21,263 nucleotides of DNA from a virus (taxonomy: Duplodnaviria > Heunggongvirae > Uroviricota > Caudoviricetes), in IMG/VR virus record IMGVR_UViG_3300035698_029829, positions 135,427 through 156,689 of that record; one strand, written 5' to 3'. This document shows positions 21,207 to 21,263 of the stretch, in pieces. The notes under the pieces were generated by a model that saw only the letters and a list, made by a program, of their open reading frames with translations, searched no databases and was not told where the DNA came from. Both the position numbers and the translations under genes were made by a program. Positions within the stretch are counted from its first letter, which is position 1. Every line of letters starts with the position of its first letter.

Positions 21207-21263
21207 ACAGTGACAAAAGCGGCTACTACGATTACAGCACCTTGAACCTGGAAGCCCTGAAGC
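21203..21263 (+). CDS. Hypothetical protein, truncated by the window edge (MNSDKSGYYDY...)
   Basis: GGGGAG SD, ATGA overlap, open to the end of the window. Confidence 0.6.
   Translation, partial: MNSDKSGYYDYSTLNLEALK

Noticed and set aside
1-21263. tRNA, rRNA, structural, replication or integrase genes
   Set aside because: None recognisable. The phage origin is therefore inferred from architecture only, and the host cannot be determined.

Overview
The window looks like the accessory region of a large phage or phage-like genome. It holds about 41 densely packed, mostly short hypothetical genes, many joined by ATGA/GTGA overlaps. I see no capsid, terminase, polymerase, integrase, tRNA or CRISPR hallmark, so the phage assignment is an inference from gene architecture. 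Transcription is divergent: genes from 1 to 16206 are on the minus strand and genes from 16355 onward are on the plus strand. Both arms are punctuated by near-identical sigma70 promoter cassettes (CTC-TTGACA-AAC-N11-TGN-TAnnnT, 12 copies). Nine of these carry a TGAACG-N4-CGTTCA-type inverted repeat 7-8 bp upstream of the -35. A central block of about 7.6 kb (10376-17966) is bracketed by two pairs of a perfect 18-bp palindrome, GATACCACCGGTGGTATC (six copies in all), and has none of the operator-bearing promoters. That block contains the most striking features. (1) An 8-gene operon (10498-14056) of otherwise mostly unrelated proteins all carry the same gap-free ~19-aa motif, W-x-R-x-h-[TDS]-P-x-[ED]-h-h-[ED]-x-L-V-E-[ET]-[DE]-L, at or near the C-terminus. 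(2) Two unrelated proteins share an identical 26-aa N-terminus encoded with 9 synonymous-only differences and containing [IL]-x-E sites, like a T4-style capsid-targeting propeptide. Together these suggest a peptide-tagged cargo or docking system. Other candidates are XRE and Xis-like HTH regulators, an RMF-like protein, an Sm/Hfq-like protein, a frameshifted gene and structured RNA segments. All functional calls come from visual motif recognition; no searches were run.
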